The position numbers and the translations under genes were made by a program. Below, piece after piece: positions 55,846 through 64,000 of a stretch of DNA of 64,000 nt. A model generated the notes under the pieces. It was not told where the DNA came from and did not search any database. It was given only the letters and a program-made list of their open reading frames with translations. This DNA comes from Clostridia bacterium. GTDB lineage: Bacteria > Bacillota > Clostridia > Oscillospirales > CAG-272. Position 1 is the stretch's first letter. Each line of letters begins with the position of its first letter. The stretch is taken from NCBI GenBank assembly GCA_900763885.1, contig CAAFLY010000061.1, forward strand, positions 10,553 through 74,552, written 5' to 3'.

Positions 55846-56501
55846 TGCGGACACGGTTTGACGAACAGCTGGAGCTGCTGCATAGAGAGCTTATCGAAAT
55901 GGGGGCGTTGTGCGAGGAGGCGATCGCGCGTGTATCCCGTGCCCTGACTGAGGGAAACGCCGCGCTCTGTTCCTCCGTCCCCGCCATCGATGCGCAGATC
56001 GACGAAAAGGAACGTACCATCGAATCGATGTGCCTGCGCCTTCTTTTGCAGCAGCAGCCCGTTGCCAGAGATCTGCGGCAGATTTCGGCGGCACTCAAGA
56101 TGATCACGGACATGGAGCGCATTGGGGATCAGGCGGAGGACATTTCGGAGATCATCGTATTCTTAGGCGGTCGGTGCGATTCGGACGAAATCGGCGCGCT
56201 CCTTCGCGAAATGGCACTCGCTGCGATAAAAATGGTGACGGAAAGTGTTGACGCATACGTAAAACATGATATAATAGTAGCTGAGAAGGTCACGGCGGAT
56301 GACGACATTGTGGACGACTACTTCGATCGTGTCAAACGCAAGCTGATCGACAAGATTGCCTCCTCTCCGGCGGATGGGGAATACGCACTGGATCTTTTGA
56401 TGATCGCGAAATACTATGAGCGTATCGGAGACCACGCGGTGAACATTGCGGAGTGGGTGATCTTTTCTGTGACCGGCAATCATAAGGAGGAGACGACATG
56501 A
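55845..56501 (+). CDS. phoU: phosphate signalling regulator PhoU
   Basis: TAATG coupling to pstB. Two PhoU repeats, each with the ERIGD motif (DMERIGDQAEDI and YYERIGDHAVNI). Confidence 0.9.
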   Translation: MRTRFDEQLELLHRELIEMGALCEEAIARVSRALTEGNAALCSSVPAIDAQIDEKERTIESMCLRLLLQQQPVARDLRQISAALKMITDMERIGDQAEDISEIIVFLGGRCDSDEIGALLREMALAAIKMVTESVDAYVKHDIIVAEKVTADDDIVDDYFDRVKRKLIDKIASSPADGEYALDLLMIAKYYERIGDHAVNIAEWVIFSVTGNHKEETT

Positions 56502-57181
56502 TCTGGTGTGTGGAGGATGAGGAAAGCATCCGCGATATAGAGGAATATGCCCTGCGCAGTGCCGGATTTGAGACGCGCGGCTTTACGGACGGCAATACGT
56601 TCTGGGACGCGCTCCAAGGGGGGCAGACGGAGAAGCCACAGCTTGTGGTGCTCGATGTGATGCTCCCCGGCGTGGATGGGATCACGCTTTTGAAACGGAT
56701 CCGCGCCATGCCGTCTACGCGTCTTTTACCGGTGATCCTGGCGACGGCACGGGGGGCGGAGTACGACAAAATCGAGGGACTGGATCTCGGCGCGGATTAT
56801 TACTTAGCCAAACCGTTCGGCGTATTGGAGCTCGTTTCGTGCGTGAAGGCGGTGCTGCGTCGCTGCCAGCCGGAGACGGATGAGCATGTCCTGCACTGCG
56901 GCGGACTGGTGATGAACACGGATGCGCATACCGTGACCGCGGACGGCAGACGGGTGACGCTTACCTTCAAGGAATATGAGCTGCTGAAGCTTTTCCTCAG
57001 CCATCCTGGGATCGCCTATACGCGGGATCAGCTGATGAGCGAGGTCTGGGGTATGGATTTCTGCGGTGAAACGCGTACCGTGGATATGCACATCCGCACG
57101 CTCCGCCAGAAAATCGCGCCGTACAGCGATCGCATCGAGACGGTGCGCAATGTCGGTTATCGTCTGGAGGAGCGTCCATGA
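56498..57181 (+). CDS. phoP: OmpR-family response regulator (PhoP/PhoB-type)
   Basis: Receiver domain (LVVLDVMLPGVDG) plus a winged-helix output (LTFKEYELLKLF...RTVDMHIRTLRQKI). Operon context with pst and phoR. Confidence 0.85.
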   Translation: MIWCVEDEESIRDIEEYALRSAGFETRGFTDGNTFWDALQGGQTEKPQLVVLDVMLPGVDGITLLKRIRAMPSTRLLPVILATARGAEYDKIEGLDLGADYYLAKPFGVLELVSCVKAVLRRCQPETDEHVLHCGGLVMNTDAHTVTADGRRVTLTFKEYELLKLFLSHPGIAYTRDQLMSEVWGMDFCGETRTVDMHIRTLRQKIAPYSDRIETVRNVGYRLEERP

Positions 57182-58932
57182 GCGGCGGTGCGGATACGAA
57201 AAACAAACGGGAGAAAAATCTCAACCGCCGGATCTTCGGATCGATTCTGACCGTCGCGGTGGTGGTGCTGCTTGCCACTCTCGTGCTTGTAACCGGATTT
57301 CTCTACGACTATTTCACAGGCGTGCTGGAGCGGCAAATGCGGGACGAATGGGAGATCGCGGCGGCTGCCATTACGGAAAACGGGACGGCGTATCTCGACC
57401 GGCTGACCTCCACGCGGTATCGTCTGACGGTGGTCGCGGCGGATGGCAGTGTCCTTTGCGATACGCAGTCCGACGCGGAAGCAATGGAGAATCACGCCGA
57501 TCGGGAGGAAATCAGGAACGCGCTTGCCGGAGCGGAAGGGAAAACGGTCCGGTATTCGGCGACACGGTTGGAAAAGACGATCTATTACGCGCGCCGTCTG
57601 CCGGATGGAACGGTTTTGCGCATCTCCCAGAGTCAGGCGACCGTGGGAACACTGCTGCTTGGGATGCTCCCGCCGTTTCTCGCGATCCTGGTGGCGGCAC
57701 TCATCCTGTCGTTCGTGCTCGGCGGCAGACTCTCCCGGCGGATTGTGGAACCGCTCAACACACTGGATCTGGCGCACCCGCTCGACAACAACGCTTATGA
57801 AGAACTGTCTCCGCTGCTGCTGCGGATCGAGAGACAGCACAGACAGATCGACGCGCAAATGCGGGAACTGAAACGGCGCACAGATGAATTTTCACACATC
57901 ACCGCCAATCTGCACGAGGGGCTGGTGCTGCTCGACGCGCATACCCATGTCGTACACATCAACGCGGCGGCACGGACTCTCTTTGCGGTCGGCGAGGATT
58001 GCACCGGCGCGGATCTGCTGACCATCGACCGGACCCTTGCCATGCGGGAGGCGATTCGACAGGCACAGGACAATGCGGCGGGACACAGCGAATGGCAGGA
58101 AACCCGGAACGGACGGAGCTATCGGTTCACGATCAGCCGGATCGATTTCGATAGGGAATGCGCCGGATACGCGATTTTGGCGTTCGATGTCACGGACGCG
58201 GTACACGCGGAGGAAATGCGCCGGGAGTTTACAGCAAACGTGTCGCATGAGCTGAAAACGCCGCTGCAGGGGATTCTCGGCAGTGCGGAGCTGATCCAGA
58301 GCGGTATGGTCAAGCCGGAGGACACCGCGCGATTCGTCGGACACATCCACGAGGAAGCCACCCGCCTTCTCGCCCTCATCGGGGACATCATCCGTCTGTC
58401 CCAGCTTGATGAAGCGGCGGAGGACGGGGAGCTGGCCGGTATGACGCGGGAAAACGTGGATCTATGCGCGGTCAGTACGGAGGTGATTCGGGAGCTTACG
58501 GATGCGGCGGCAAAACGGAACGTAACCTTCACACTCTCCGGTGCATCCGTTGCGGTGTATGGGGTAAGACGGCTCGTGTATGAGGTGATCTACAACCTCT
58601 GCGACAACGCGATCCGCTACAATCGGGACAACGGCAGCATAACGGTTACGGTGTCGGCAGTGGACGGCATGGGTGTGGTGTCGGTAGCGGATACGGGGAT
58701 CGGCATCGCGCCGGAGAACCGGGATCGTATCTTCGAGCGGTTCTATCGCGTGGACAAAAGCCATTCCCGTGCGACAGGCGGCACCGGTTTGGGACTGTCG
58801 ATCGTCAAGCACGCCGTCCAGTATCTCCATGGGAAGATCGCGCTCGACTCGAAACCCGGCTCCGGCTCCACGTTCACGGTATCTTTGCCGCAATCGGACG
58901 CGGTAAGCCCGAATTTACAAAATCATGCTTGA
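57178..58932 (+). CDS. phoR: sensor histidine kinase (PhoR-type)
   Basis: Two TM segments, H-box FTANVSHELKTPL, N/G boxes (DNAIRY, DTGIGI, GGTGLGLSIVKH). ATGA overlap with the response regulator gene. Confidence 0.85.
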   Translation: MSGGADTKNKREKNLNRRIFGSILTVAVVVLLATLVLVTGFLYDYFTGVLERQMRDEWEIAAAAITENGTAYLDRLTSTRYRLTVVAADGSVLCDTQSDAEAMENHADREEIRNALAGAEGKTVRYSATRLEKTIYYARRLPDGTVLRISQSQATVGTLLLGMLPPFLAILVAALILSFVLGGRLSRRIVEPLNTLDLAHPLDNNAYEELSPLLLRIERQHRQIDAQMRELKRRTDEFSHITANLHEGLVLLDAHTHVVHINAAARTLFAVGEDCTGADLLTIDRTLAMREAIRQAQDNAAGHSEWQETRNGRSYRFTISRIDFDRECAGYAILAFDVTDAVHAEEMRREFTANVSHELKTPLQGILGSAELIQSGMVKPEDTARFVGHIHEEATRLLALIGDIIRLSQLDEAAEDGELAGMTRENVDLCAVSTEVIRELTDAAAKRNVTFTLSGASVAVYGVRRLVYEVIYNLCDNAIRYNRDNGSITVTVSAVDGMGVVSVADTGIGIAPENRDRIFERFYRVDKSHSRATGGTGLGLSIVKHAVQYLHGKIALDSKPGSGSTFTVSLPQSDAVSPNLQNHA

Positions 58933-59050
58933 ATCCTACGGCAAATCGTGCTACACTTACTACGGCGGGATCCCATACAAACGGATCTGCGCCGTAGCTT
59001 TTGCATGAGGGTTAGCTGAAGCTAACTGTATCAAACGGAAAGGAGTCGGA

Positions 59051-60013
59051 ATGGGAAAGATGGAATGTCTCAGCGAAAGACAGAGGAATACGGGTGCGCA
59101 ATGTCCGGATGGGGTGGTAACGCGGATCCACGGTGAGGACGGAGAGGCGGTGACGACGCGGTATCCGGTCTTTCCGGGCATCGATATTCTCTACAACGAC
59201 GTGCATGCTTCCCGGTGCGCCATGGCATGGAATGGACGGAGGGGTATGTTCGTGATCCACCATTGCCGGGAGGGACGGATCGAGTATCACATGGGCGACG
59301 CGTATTTTTATTTAGCACCGGGAGATCTCGCGCTCGGCAAATGCGAGGATTTTCGGGATGCCGCACGTTTTCCGACCGGCCATTACCACGGGATCACCGT
59401 CCTCATCGATCCGGAAGAGGCGCCGGAATGTCTGTCGTGTCTGCTTGCGGATGTCAACGTCCGTCCAAGCGCGATCCTTGACAAATTCTGCCGCGACCGG
59501 GTTTATTTTGCCAAACGATCGTCGCCGCGCGTGGAGCATGTTTTCTCGGAATTGTACGCGGTGCCGGAGGACATACGGGCAGGTTATTTCAAGGTCAAGA
59601 TTTTGGAGCTGCTGCTGTTTCTGACCACACTGCCTGTGGATGAGGAGGTTCCGGTCGGCTGCTCCCGTGCGCAGGTGCAGCTTGCCAGAGAGATCCGGGA
59701 CTATCTGCGCTCCAATACGGAGGCGAAGGTGACCATTTCGGCGTTGACGGCGGAATTTCACGTCTCTCCCGCGCAGATCAAATCGAGCTTTCAGGCAGTC
59801 TACGGGATGTCTCCGACGGCGTATCTCCGATCCCGGAAGATGAAGGGCGCCGCGCGGCTGTTGCGGGAGACGGATCGTACCGTGCTCGATATTGCCGGAC
59901 AGTTTGGGTATGACAACGCCAGCAAATTCGCCAAAGCCTTTCGCGATGTGATCGGCGTGTCTCCGGCAGCGTATCGGATGGGGATCAACGCGGATACCTG
60001 CGCCCCGGCATAA
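59051..60013 (+). CDS. AraC-family transcriptional regulator
   Basis: AAAGGAG RBS. C-terminal double HTH (ISALTAEFHVSPAQIKSSFQAVYGMSPTAYLRSRKM...IAGQFGYDNASKFAKAFRDVIGVSPAAYR). Confidence 0.8.
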   Translation: MGKMECLSERQRNTGAQCPDGVVTRIHGEDGEAVTTRYPVFPGIDILYNDVHASRCAMAWNGRRGMFVIHHCREGRIEYHMGDAYFYLAPGDLALGKCEDFRDAARFPTGHYHGITVLIDPEEAPECLSCLLADVNVRPSAILDKFCRDRVYFAKRSSPRVEHVFSELYAVPEDIRAGYFKVKILELLLFLTTLPVDEEVPVGCSRAQVQLAREIRDYLRSNTEAKVTISALTAEFHVSPAQIKSSFQAVYGMSPTAYLRSRKMKGAARLLRETDRTVLDIAGQFGYDNASKFAKAFRDVIGVSPAAYRMGINADTCAPA

Positions 60014-60130
60014 AAACGGAGCCCTCCTCTTTCCATGGAGAGATATCCGGAAAAACGGAAGATTTCGGACATGGATGAATAGTATCGGAAACTCCCGTGT
60101 AAACCTGCGCCGACAAAAACCGAACAATTT

Positions 60131-60176
60131 GGAGCCGTATCTGTTCGTTTTGGAGTGGATACGGCTCCTTATTTCC
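60131..60176 (+). terminator. hairpin, probable terminator after the AraC gene
   Basis: A perfect 11-bp stem, GGAGCCGTATC / GATACGGCTCC, with a 16-nt loop, followed by TTATTTCC. Confidence 0.55.
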
Positions 60177-60291
60177 TGTATACTATAGATGCAAAGGGAA
60201 AAAGGTCCCTGAGGTTCAGATAACACGGGAGAGATGGTGGATATAGCGCCTCCCGGAGACGATACAATACAATATGTGAGAGGAGAAGCAA

Positions 60292-60576
60292 ATGAGTATC
60301 GTGATTCTCGGCGGCAATGAGTGTATGGAACGCCGATATATGGAACTGTGTGAATCGTACAGCTGTCAGGCGAAGGTGTTTACTAAACCGGTCGGCGGGC
60401 TGCGCAAAAAGCTCGGCAATCCGGATCTGATGATTTTCTTCACCGGAACGATGTCCCACAAAATGGTAAAGGGTGCGCTGTGTGAATTCCGCGGGCAGGA
60501 CGTAAAAATCGAACGGAGCCACACAAGCTCTTTGGCGGCACTGCGCGAGATTCTGGAAAAGCACACCGCAATGTGA
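60292..60576 (+). CDS. DUF2325-like small protein
   Basis: GAGAGGAG RBS. MSIVILGGNECMERRYMELCE...DLMIFFTGTMSHKMV matches my recollection of the DUF2325 family. Confidence 0.7.
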   Translation: MSIVILGGNECMERRYMELCESYSCQAKVFTKPVGGLRKKLGNPDLMIFFTGTMSHKMVKGALCEFRGQDVKIERSHTSSLAALREILEKHTAM

Positions 60577-60636
60577 TGAAAGCGGCTGTGTCATGTCGTA
60601 TAAAAGAACGGCTGCTGCGGAGGGGAGGTGTGTACC

Positions 60637-61182
60637 GTGTCGGAGGAATTTATCGTAGCACAGGCGGCTCCCACTCTTGCGGGCATGAAAACGGGCAGTC
60701 TGTTCGGCTGCGCGTATCGGGATAAGGCGGCGTTGAACAAGGATGTGCGCGCGTGGAACCGACGGCTTGTCCCCCTTGGACTCTGTCTTCTGCCGCTGAA
60801 ATTCTCCGGGAAACGGGCACTGCTGTATCTCTACCGTCCGGATGCGCTGCGGGAAGATCTGAATGACGGAACGGCACGCGCGGTGTTGGAGAAGGCCGGC
60901 TACCGGAATGAAAGCAGCACGCGGTGTATCACGGAACTGATGCGGCGGCTGCGGATGGAGGGAGAATTCCCTCACGAGATCGGACTGTTTCTCAGCTACC
61001 CGCCGGAGGATGTCCGTGGATTTATGGAAAACCACGCGGCCAATTACAAGCTTGTCGGTACGTGGAAGGTATATGGAGACGTGGATAAGGCGCGCGAGAC
61101 CTTCAAACAATACCGGGATTGTACGGAAAACTATCGCGCACAGCAAAAAGCAGGCTCAAGCATTGAGCAGCTTGCCGTGTGA
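60637..61182 (+). CDS. DUF3793-like protein
   Basis: GTG at 60637, about 9 nt after GGGGAGG (the ORF opens at a GTG at 60628). APTLAGMKTGSLF...EFPHEIGLFLSYPPEDVRGF is the DUF3793 pattern as I recall it. Confidence 0.65.
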   Translation: MSEEFIVAQAAPTLAGMKTGSLFGCAYRDKAALNKDVRAWNRRLVPLGLCLLPLKFSGKRALLYLYRPDALREDLNDGTARAVLEKAGYRNESSTRCITELMRRLRMEGEFPHEIGLFLSYPPEDVRGFMENHAANYKLVGTWKVYGDVDKARETFKQYRDCTENYRAQQKAGSSIEQLAV

Positions 61183-61222
61183 CGAAGCATACACAATTCA
61201 AAAAGGAAGAAGGAAAACGAAA

Positions 61223-61648
61223 ATGAAGAAAACAGCGGTTATTTTTTGGAGCGGCACAGGCAATACGGAAGCGATGGCGAATGAGGTGCTCGCAGGAATG
61301 GAGTCCGCCGGTGCGGATGCGGTGCTTTTGGGCTGCGGCGAAGTGGATGGCGGTATGATCGACGCATTGGACGCGGTGGCTCTCGGCTGTCCTGCCATGG
61401 GTGCGGAGGTTCTGGAGGAAGAGGAATTCGCGCCGATGTTCGACTCCATCAAGGACAAGCTCGCCGGAAAAAAGGTCGCGCTGTTCGGCTCCTACGGCTG
61501 GGGTGATGGCGAATGGATGCGCACCTGGGAGGATGATTGCAAATCCGCCGGAATCGTCCTCGCCTGCGACAGCGTAATCTGCAACGAAGCGCCGGACGAT
61601 GAAGCGACGGCAGCCTGCCGGAATCTTGGCAAGGCCTTGGCGGAATAA
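61223..61648 (+). CDS. short-chain flavodoxin
   Basis: Start MKKTAVIFWSGTGNTEAMA (FMN phosphate loop) with an AAGGAAGAAGGA RBS, plus FGSYGWGDGEWM. Confidence 0.85.
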   Translation: MKKTAVIFWSGTGNTEAMANEVLAGMESAGADAVLLGCGEVDGGMIDALDAVALGCPAMGAEVLEEEEFAPMFDSIKDKLAGKKVALFGSYGWGDGEWMRTWEDDCKSAGIVLACDSVICNEAPDDEATAACRNLGKALAE

Positions 61649-61900
61649 CGGATTCGGATACAGAGGTACAGGAGACGGTTCTATGACGCGCGAAAAGGTG
61701 GGTATGATGCTCAAACGAAAACTGCAGCTTCTTGGTGCGGTGGGACTGATCCTGCTTGTCGCTATGCTTCTTGAAAATATCCTGTAAATGCTGCGCCCGA
61801 TGGATTTTCACAGATCTGTCGGGCATTTTTTGCGCAGAAGCTTGTATTTTTTCACAAAATCTGGTATACTGTGGGAGCATAAGATCATGGGAGGTGTCAC

Positions 61901-62383
61901 ATGGATATACTCTGGAAAAATACGGACGGTGTGTTCAGCTATCGCGCGGCAGGCATTTTGCGGTATCGCGGGAAGATCCTTTTGCAGCACGCTGCCAATG
62001 AACCGGGGTATGTCGTGCCGGGTGGTCATGTGGCGTTCGGAGAAACCACTGCCCAAACCCTGCGGCGGGAGTTTCGGGAGGAATGCGGGGCGGAGATCAT
62101 CGTGGGCGCGCTGTGTGGCGTGGGGGAGATCTATTTCCCATGGGGAGAGAAGCTGTGCCATCAGATCTGCCTGTATTACCACGTGTCTCTCGCCGATCCG
62201 TCCGCGTTTCCGACCGACGGCGTCATCCCATGCGTCGAAAAGCTGGAGAATCGGGATTTTTCCATTGATTTCCACTGGATCCCGCTGCAAAAGCTGCCCG
62301 GCAAGCGCCTGTACCCGCCGCAGATTGTCGATATGGCACAGGCGGACAGACCGATTTCGTTCGTCTACAGAGAAGAAAATTGA
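61901..62383 (+). CDS. NUDIX hydrolase
   Basis: Nudix box GGHVAFGETTAQTLRREFREECG. GGGAGG RBS. Confidence 0.85.
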   Translation: MDILWKNTDGVFSYRAAGILRYRGKILLQHAANEPGYVVPGGHVAFGETTAQTLRREFREECGAEIIVGALCGVGEIYFPWGEKLCHQICLYYHVSLADPSAFPTDGVIPCVEKLENRDFSIDFHWIPLQKLPGKRLYPPQIVDMAQADRPISFVYREEN

Positions 62384-62596
62384 CCATGCGCTTTGCCCAT
62401 ACCCAGAATGAGCCGTCGATGTCGCCGGAATTGGATGGTTCCTCGACAAGGCTGCCGCCAAGCATACCGGACGTGACAACGGCATTGACGCGTATGTGCA
62501 GTATTGGTGCGCACGGCCGCAGATCCATTGGCGCGCGGATTTTTGGGGAAGGGTAAGGGGATGATGAAAGAAATTTCAAAAAAACTGAAAATGCCT

Positions 62597-62625
62597 ATTG
62601 ACAAACGGTGCAGAATGTGGTATAC
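62597..62625 (+). promoter_or_regulatory. consensus-like promoter for the tRNA pair
   Basis: TTGACA (62597-62602), a 17-nt spacer, then TATACT (62620-62625) with a TGg extension. Confidence 0.6.
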
Positions 62626-62677
62626 TATATAGGCAGTCGAGGAAAGACAGAAGCAAGCATCTGATGCTGTGCCGTAT

Positions 62678-62763
62678 GCCGGAGTGGCGGAATTGGCAGA
62701 CGCCCGGGACTTAAAATCCCGTGTAACGAGAGTTACGTACCGGTTCGAGCCCGGTTTCCGGCA
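62678..62763 (+). tRNA. tRNA-Leu (anticodon UAA)
   Basis: Hand-folded cloverleaf: acceptor GCCGGAG/TTCCGGC, anticodon arm CGGGA-CTTAAAA-TCCCG, long variable arm GTAAC..GTTAC, T arm ACCGG-TTCGAGC-CCGGT. CCA is not encoded. Confidence 0.85.
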
Positions 62764-62795
62764 TGTTTCCTTCCTTCCAACGCTGAAAAGAATAT

Positions 62796-62873
<78 letters not shown>

Positions 62874-62877
62874 CAAA

Positions 62878-62911
62878 AGATCAGCTAACCTATGTTAGCT
62901 GGTCTTTTTTT
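62878..62911 (+). terminator. intrinsic terminator after the tRNA operon
   Basis: AGATCAGCTAAC pairs with GTTAGCTGGTCT (12 bp, one G-T) and is followed by T7. Confidence 0.85.
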
Positions 62912-63238
62912 GTCCTTATACGGCATAGGGAAACAGATCCGCAATGCGCTTTGGTTCGGTTTCATTCGTTTTTGTTTTCGCGAAATGAGCGGCGAGAGGT
63001 GTATGGGGGAGGAATATTTGCGAAAAATGATGGAGACGACGTACGTCGGCAAACGTCGTCTTGTGGGGGAATGGTTGCGAATGAACGGAAAGGATGTATT
63101 CAATCAGACAATCCCCCATACAGACAAAATCACCCCCAAAACCACCACAAAAAAACGAACAAAATATTAGATAGCCCGAGCGGCATCATCCGTGCCAAAT
63201 AAGGCTTCAATTTAAGTTTCCAGAAAGGATGTTTTCCA

Positions 63239-63604
63239 ATGCGAAAATATCAAATGATCCATCCGGTCGGACGTGAAATGGTAGACTTACGCACTTTTGA
63301 AGCTGAAATCAAAAATGCAGTAGCTGAGATCATGCCATTTGCGAAGGTAGAGGTAGCCGCAAACTACTATACCGTAGAACCGTCTCCTTACCATAATCAG
63401 GCAATCAAGATAGGCCAGATACTTGGAAAAATCGCGACATTAAGACAATATTCCATTCAGATTACCAGAACCTTTTGCAGCGTAGAGGTGGTGGAAGAGG
63501 TGGAGCAACAAACAACAGACGCTTCGACAGCAACCATAGAATCCAAACCGATTCAGACGCAGAAAGGCGGTGGTGGTCGTGGGAGAAAAAAGAAAGTACA
63601 TTGA
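63239..63604 (+). CDS. hypothetical protein (121 aa) of the integrated element
   Basis: AAAGGA RBS, AT-rich codon usage, C-terminal GGGGRGRKKKVH tail. Overlaps the next ORF by about 35 nt. Confidence 0.45.
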   Translation: MRKYQMIHPVGREMVDLRTFEAEIKNAVAEIMPFAKVEVAANYYTVEPSPYHNQAIKIGQILGKIATLRQYSIQITRTFCSVEVVEEVEQQTTDASTATIESKPIQTQKGGGGRGRKKKVH

Positions 63605-63779
63605 TATAAACGAGATGATACGCGACTATCTTCCCATGAGCCGAAAGAAGGCAAGAAAGTTTGTCCTGTCGTACCTCAATACCAAACGAATTGGAAATAA
63701 GATTTACGTGGATAGGGAAGAACTGGAGCAAATCCTTGCGAATCCGGATATTGAAAAGTATCCGCTGTATCAAAACTAA
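63570..63779 (+). CDS. excisionase-like small HTH DNA-binding protein
   Basis: YIDINEMIRDYLPMSRKKARKFVLSYLNTKRIGNKIYVDREELEQIL has the layout of MerR/Xis-type excisionases. The start is ambiguous (GTGs at 63570-63579, or ATG at 63615). Confidence 0.5.
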   Translation: MVVVGEKRKYIDINEMIRDYLPMSRKKARKFVLSYLNTKRIGNKIYVDREELEQILANPDIEKYPLYQN

Positions 63780-63781
63780 GC

Positions 63782-63826
63782 AAAAAAAAGACAGCATCTG
63801 CCAATACCGGTGGATGCTGTCTTTTA
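63782..63826. terminator. bidirectional terminator
   Basis: A perfect 10-bp stem, AGACAGCATC / GATGCTGTCT, flanked by A8 and T4, between convergent genes. Confidence 0.8.
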
Positions 63827-63829
63827 CTC

Positions 63830-64000
63830 TTACTGGAAGATGAGCTCGTCGATTTTCTCACCGGCAGCCTTGTTCATCTCCGGTACAGTGTGCGCGTATA
63901 CGTTCAGAGTCATCGCAATATCAGCGTGTCCGAGCCGTTCCTGCATAACCTTTGGACTCACGCCAGCTTGCAGCATAACAGAGGTGTAGCTGTGACGCAA
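63830..64000 (-). CDS. tyrosine recombinase/integrase, C-terminal 56 aa (5' end outside window)
   Basis: The reverse translation reads LRHSYTSVMLQAGVSPKVMQERLGHADIAMTLNVYAHTVPEMNKAAGEKIDELIFQ*. This carries box II of phage-type integrases (LRHS...LGH...Y), with the catalytic Tyr in NVYAH. Confidence 0.85.
   Translation of the reverse strand: MRHSYTSVMLQAGVSPKVMQERLGHADIAMTLNVYAHTVPEMNKAAGEKIDELIFQ

Larger units (their letters stand above)
62874..64000. mobile_element. left end of an integrative element (prophage/ICE/IME) inserted next to tRNA-fMet; continues beyond window
   Basis: GC content drops sharply immediately 3' of the tRNA. The region has small overlapping phage-style ORFs, a Xis-like HTH gene and the C-terminus of a tyrosine integrase. 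Confidence 0.55.

Noticed and set aside
60131-60168. The hairpin GGAGCCGTATC...GATACGGCTCC superficially resembles group II intron domain V (GAGCCGUAU...ACGGUUC).
   Set aside because: The 16-nt loop replaces the expected GNRA tetraloop, and the 2-nt bulge is missing. No other intron domains and no reverse-transcriptase ORF are nearby. It is better explained as a terminator after the AraC gene.
61683-61787. 34-codon hydrophobic ORF (MTREKVGMMLKRKLQLLGAVGLILLVAMLLENIL) after the flavodoxin gene.
   Set aside because: It is a plausible small membrane peptide, but there is no clear RBS and no supporting context. That is not enough to call it a feature.
62892-63202. Two overlapping ORFs (92 and 83 aa) in the AT-rich spacer after the tRNAs.
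   Set aside because: They have no RBS and odd composition, and they overlap each other in different frames. The region more likely holds the attachment site and regulatory DNA of the integrated element.

Overview
This is a 64-kb chromosomal window from a GC-rich Gram-positive anaerobe that looks Clostridia-like. Supporting signs are HPr kinase, T-box and THF riboswitches, an ECF FolT component, GGAGG ribosome-binding sites, many Cys-lipobox lipoproteins and a PhoPR/pst operon. I support about 60 protein genes, 2 tRNAs, 2 riboswitch-type leaders, a set of near-consensus TTGACA-17-TATAAT promoters and many intrinsic terminators. Most content is housekeeping: hprK, folT-folC, cobB, pepT, trpS, a small alarmone synthetase, icd plus aconitase, mscS, rimM-trmD and pstSCAB-phoU-phoPR. 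Glycan catabolism is also present (GH38 mannosidase, a GH78-like enzyme and sugar isomerases). Many long ORFs in the track are antisense shadow ORFs caused by high GC. Four items deserve a second look. (1) A textbook T-box leader controls an XRE-HTH/cupin/acyl-CoA-synthetase fusion gene instead of an aaRS or amino-acid gene. (2) A five-gene operon mixes importer-type MalFG-like permeases with an exporter-type membrane-fusion protein, a MacB-periplasmic-domain protein lacking FtsX, and an 859-aa solute-binding lipoprotein, with no ATPase gene. (3) A roughly 600-nt in-frame low-GC patch sits at the centre of that fusion protein's unusually long coiled coil. (4) A low-GC integrative element starts just after tRNA-fMet at the right edge, carrying a Xis-like gene and a tyrosine integrase. 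All calls come from reading the sequence and ORF translations; no database search was run.
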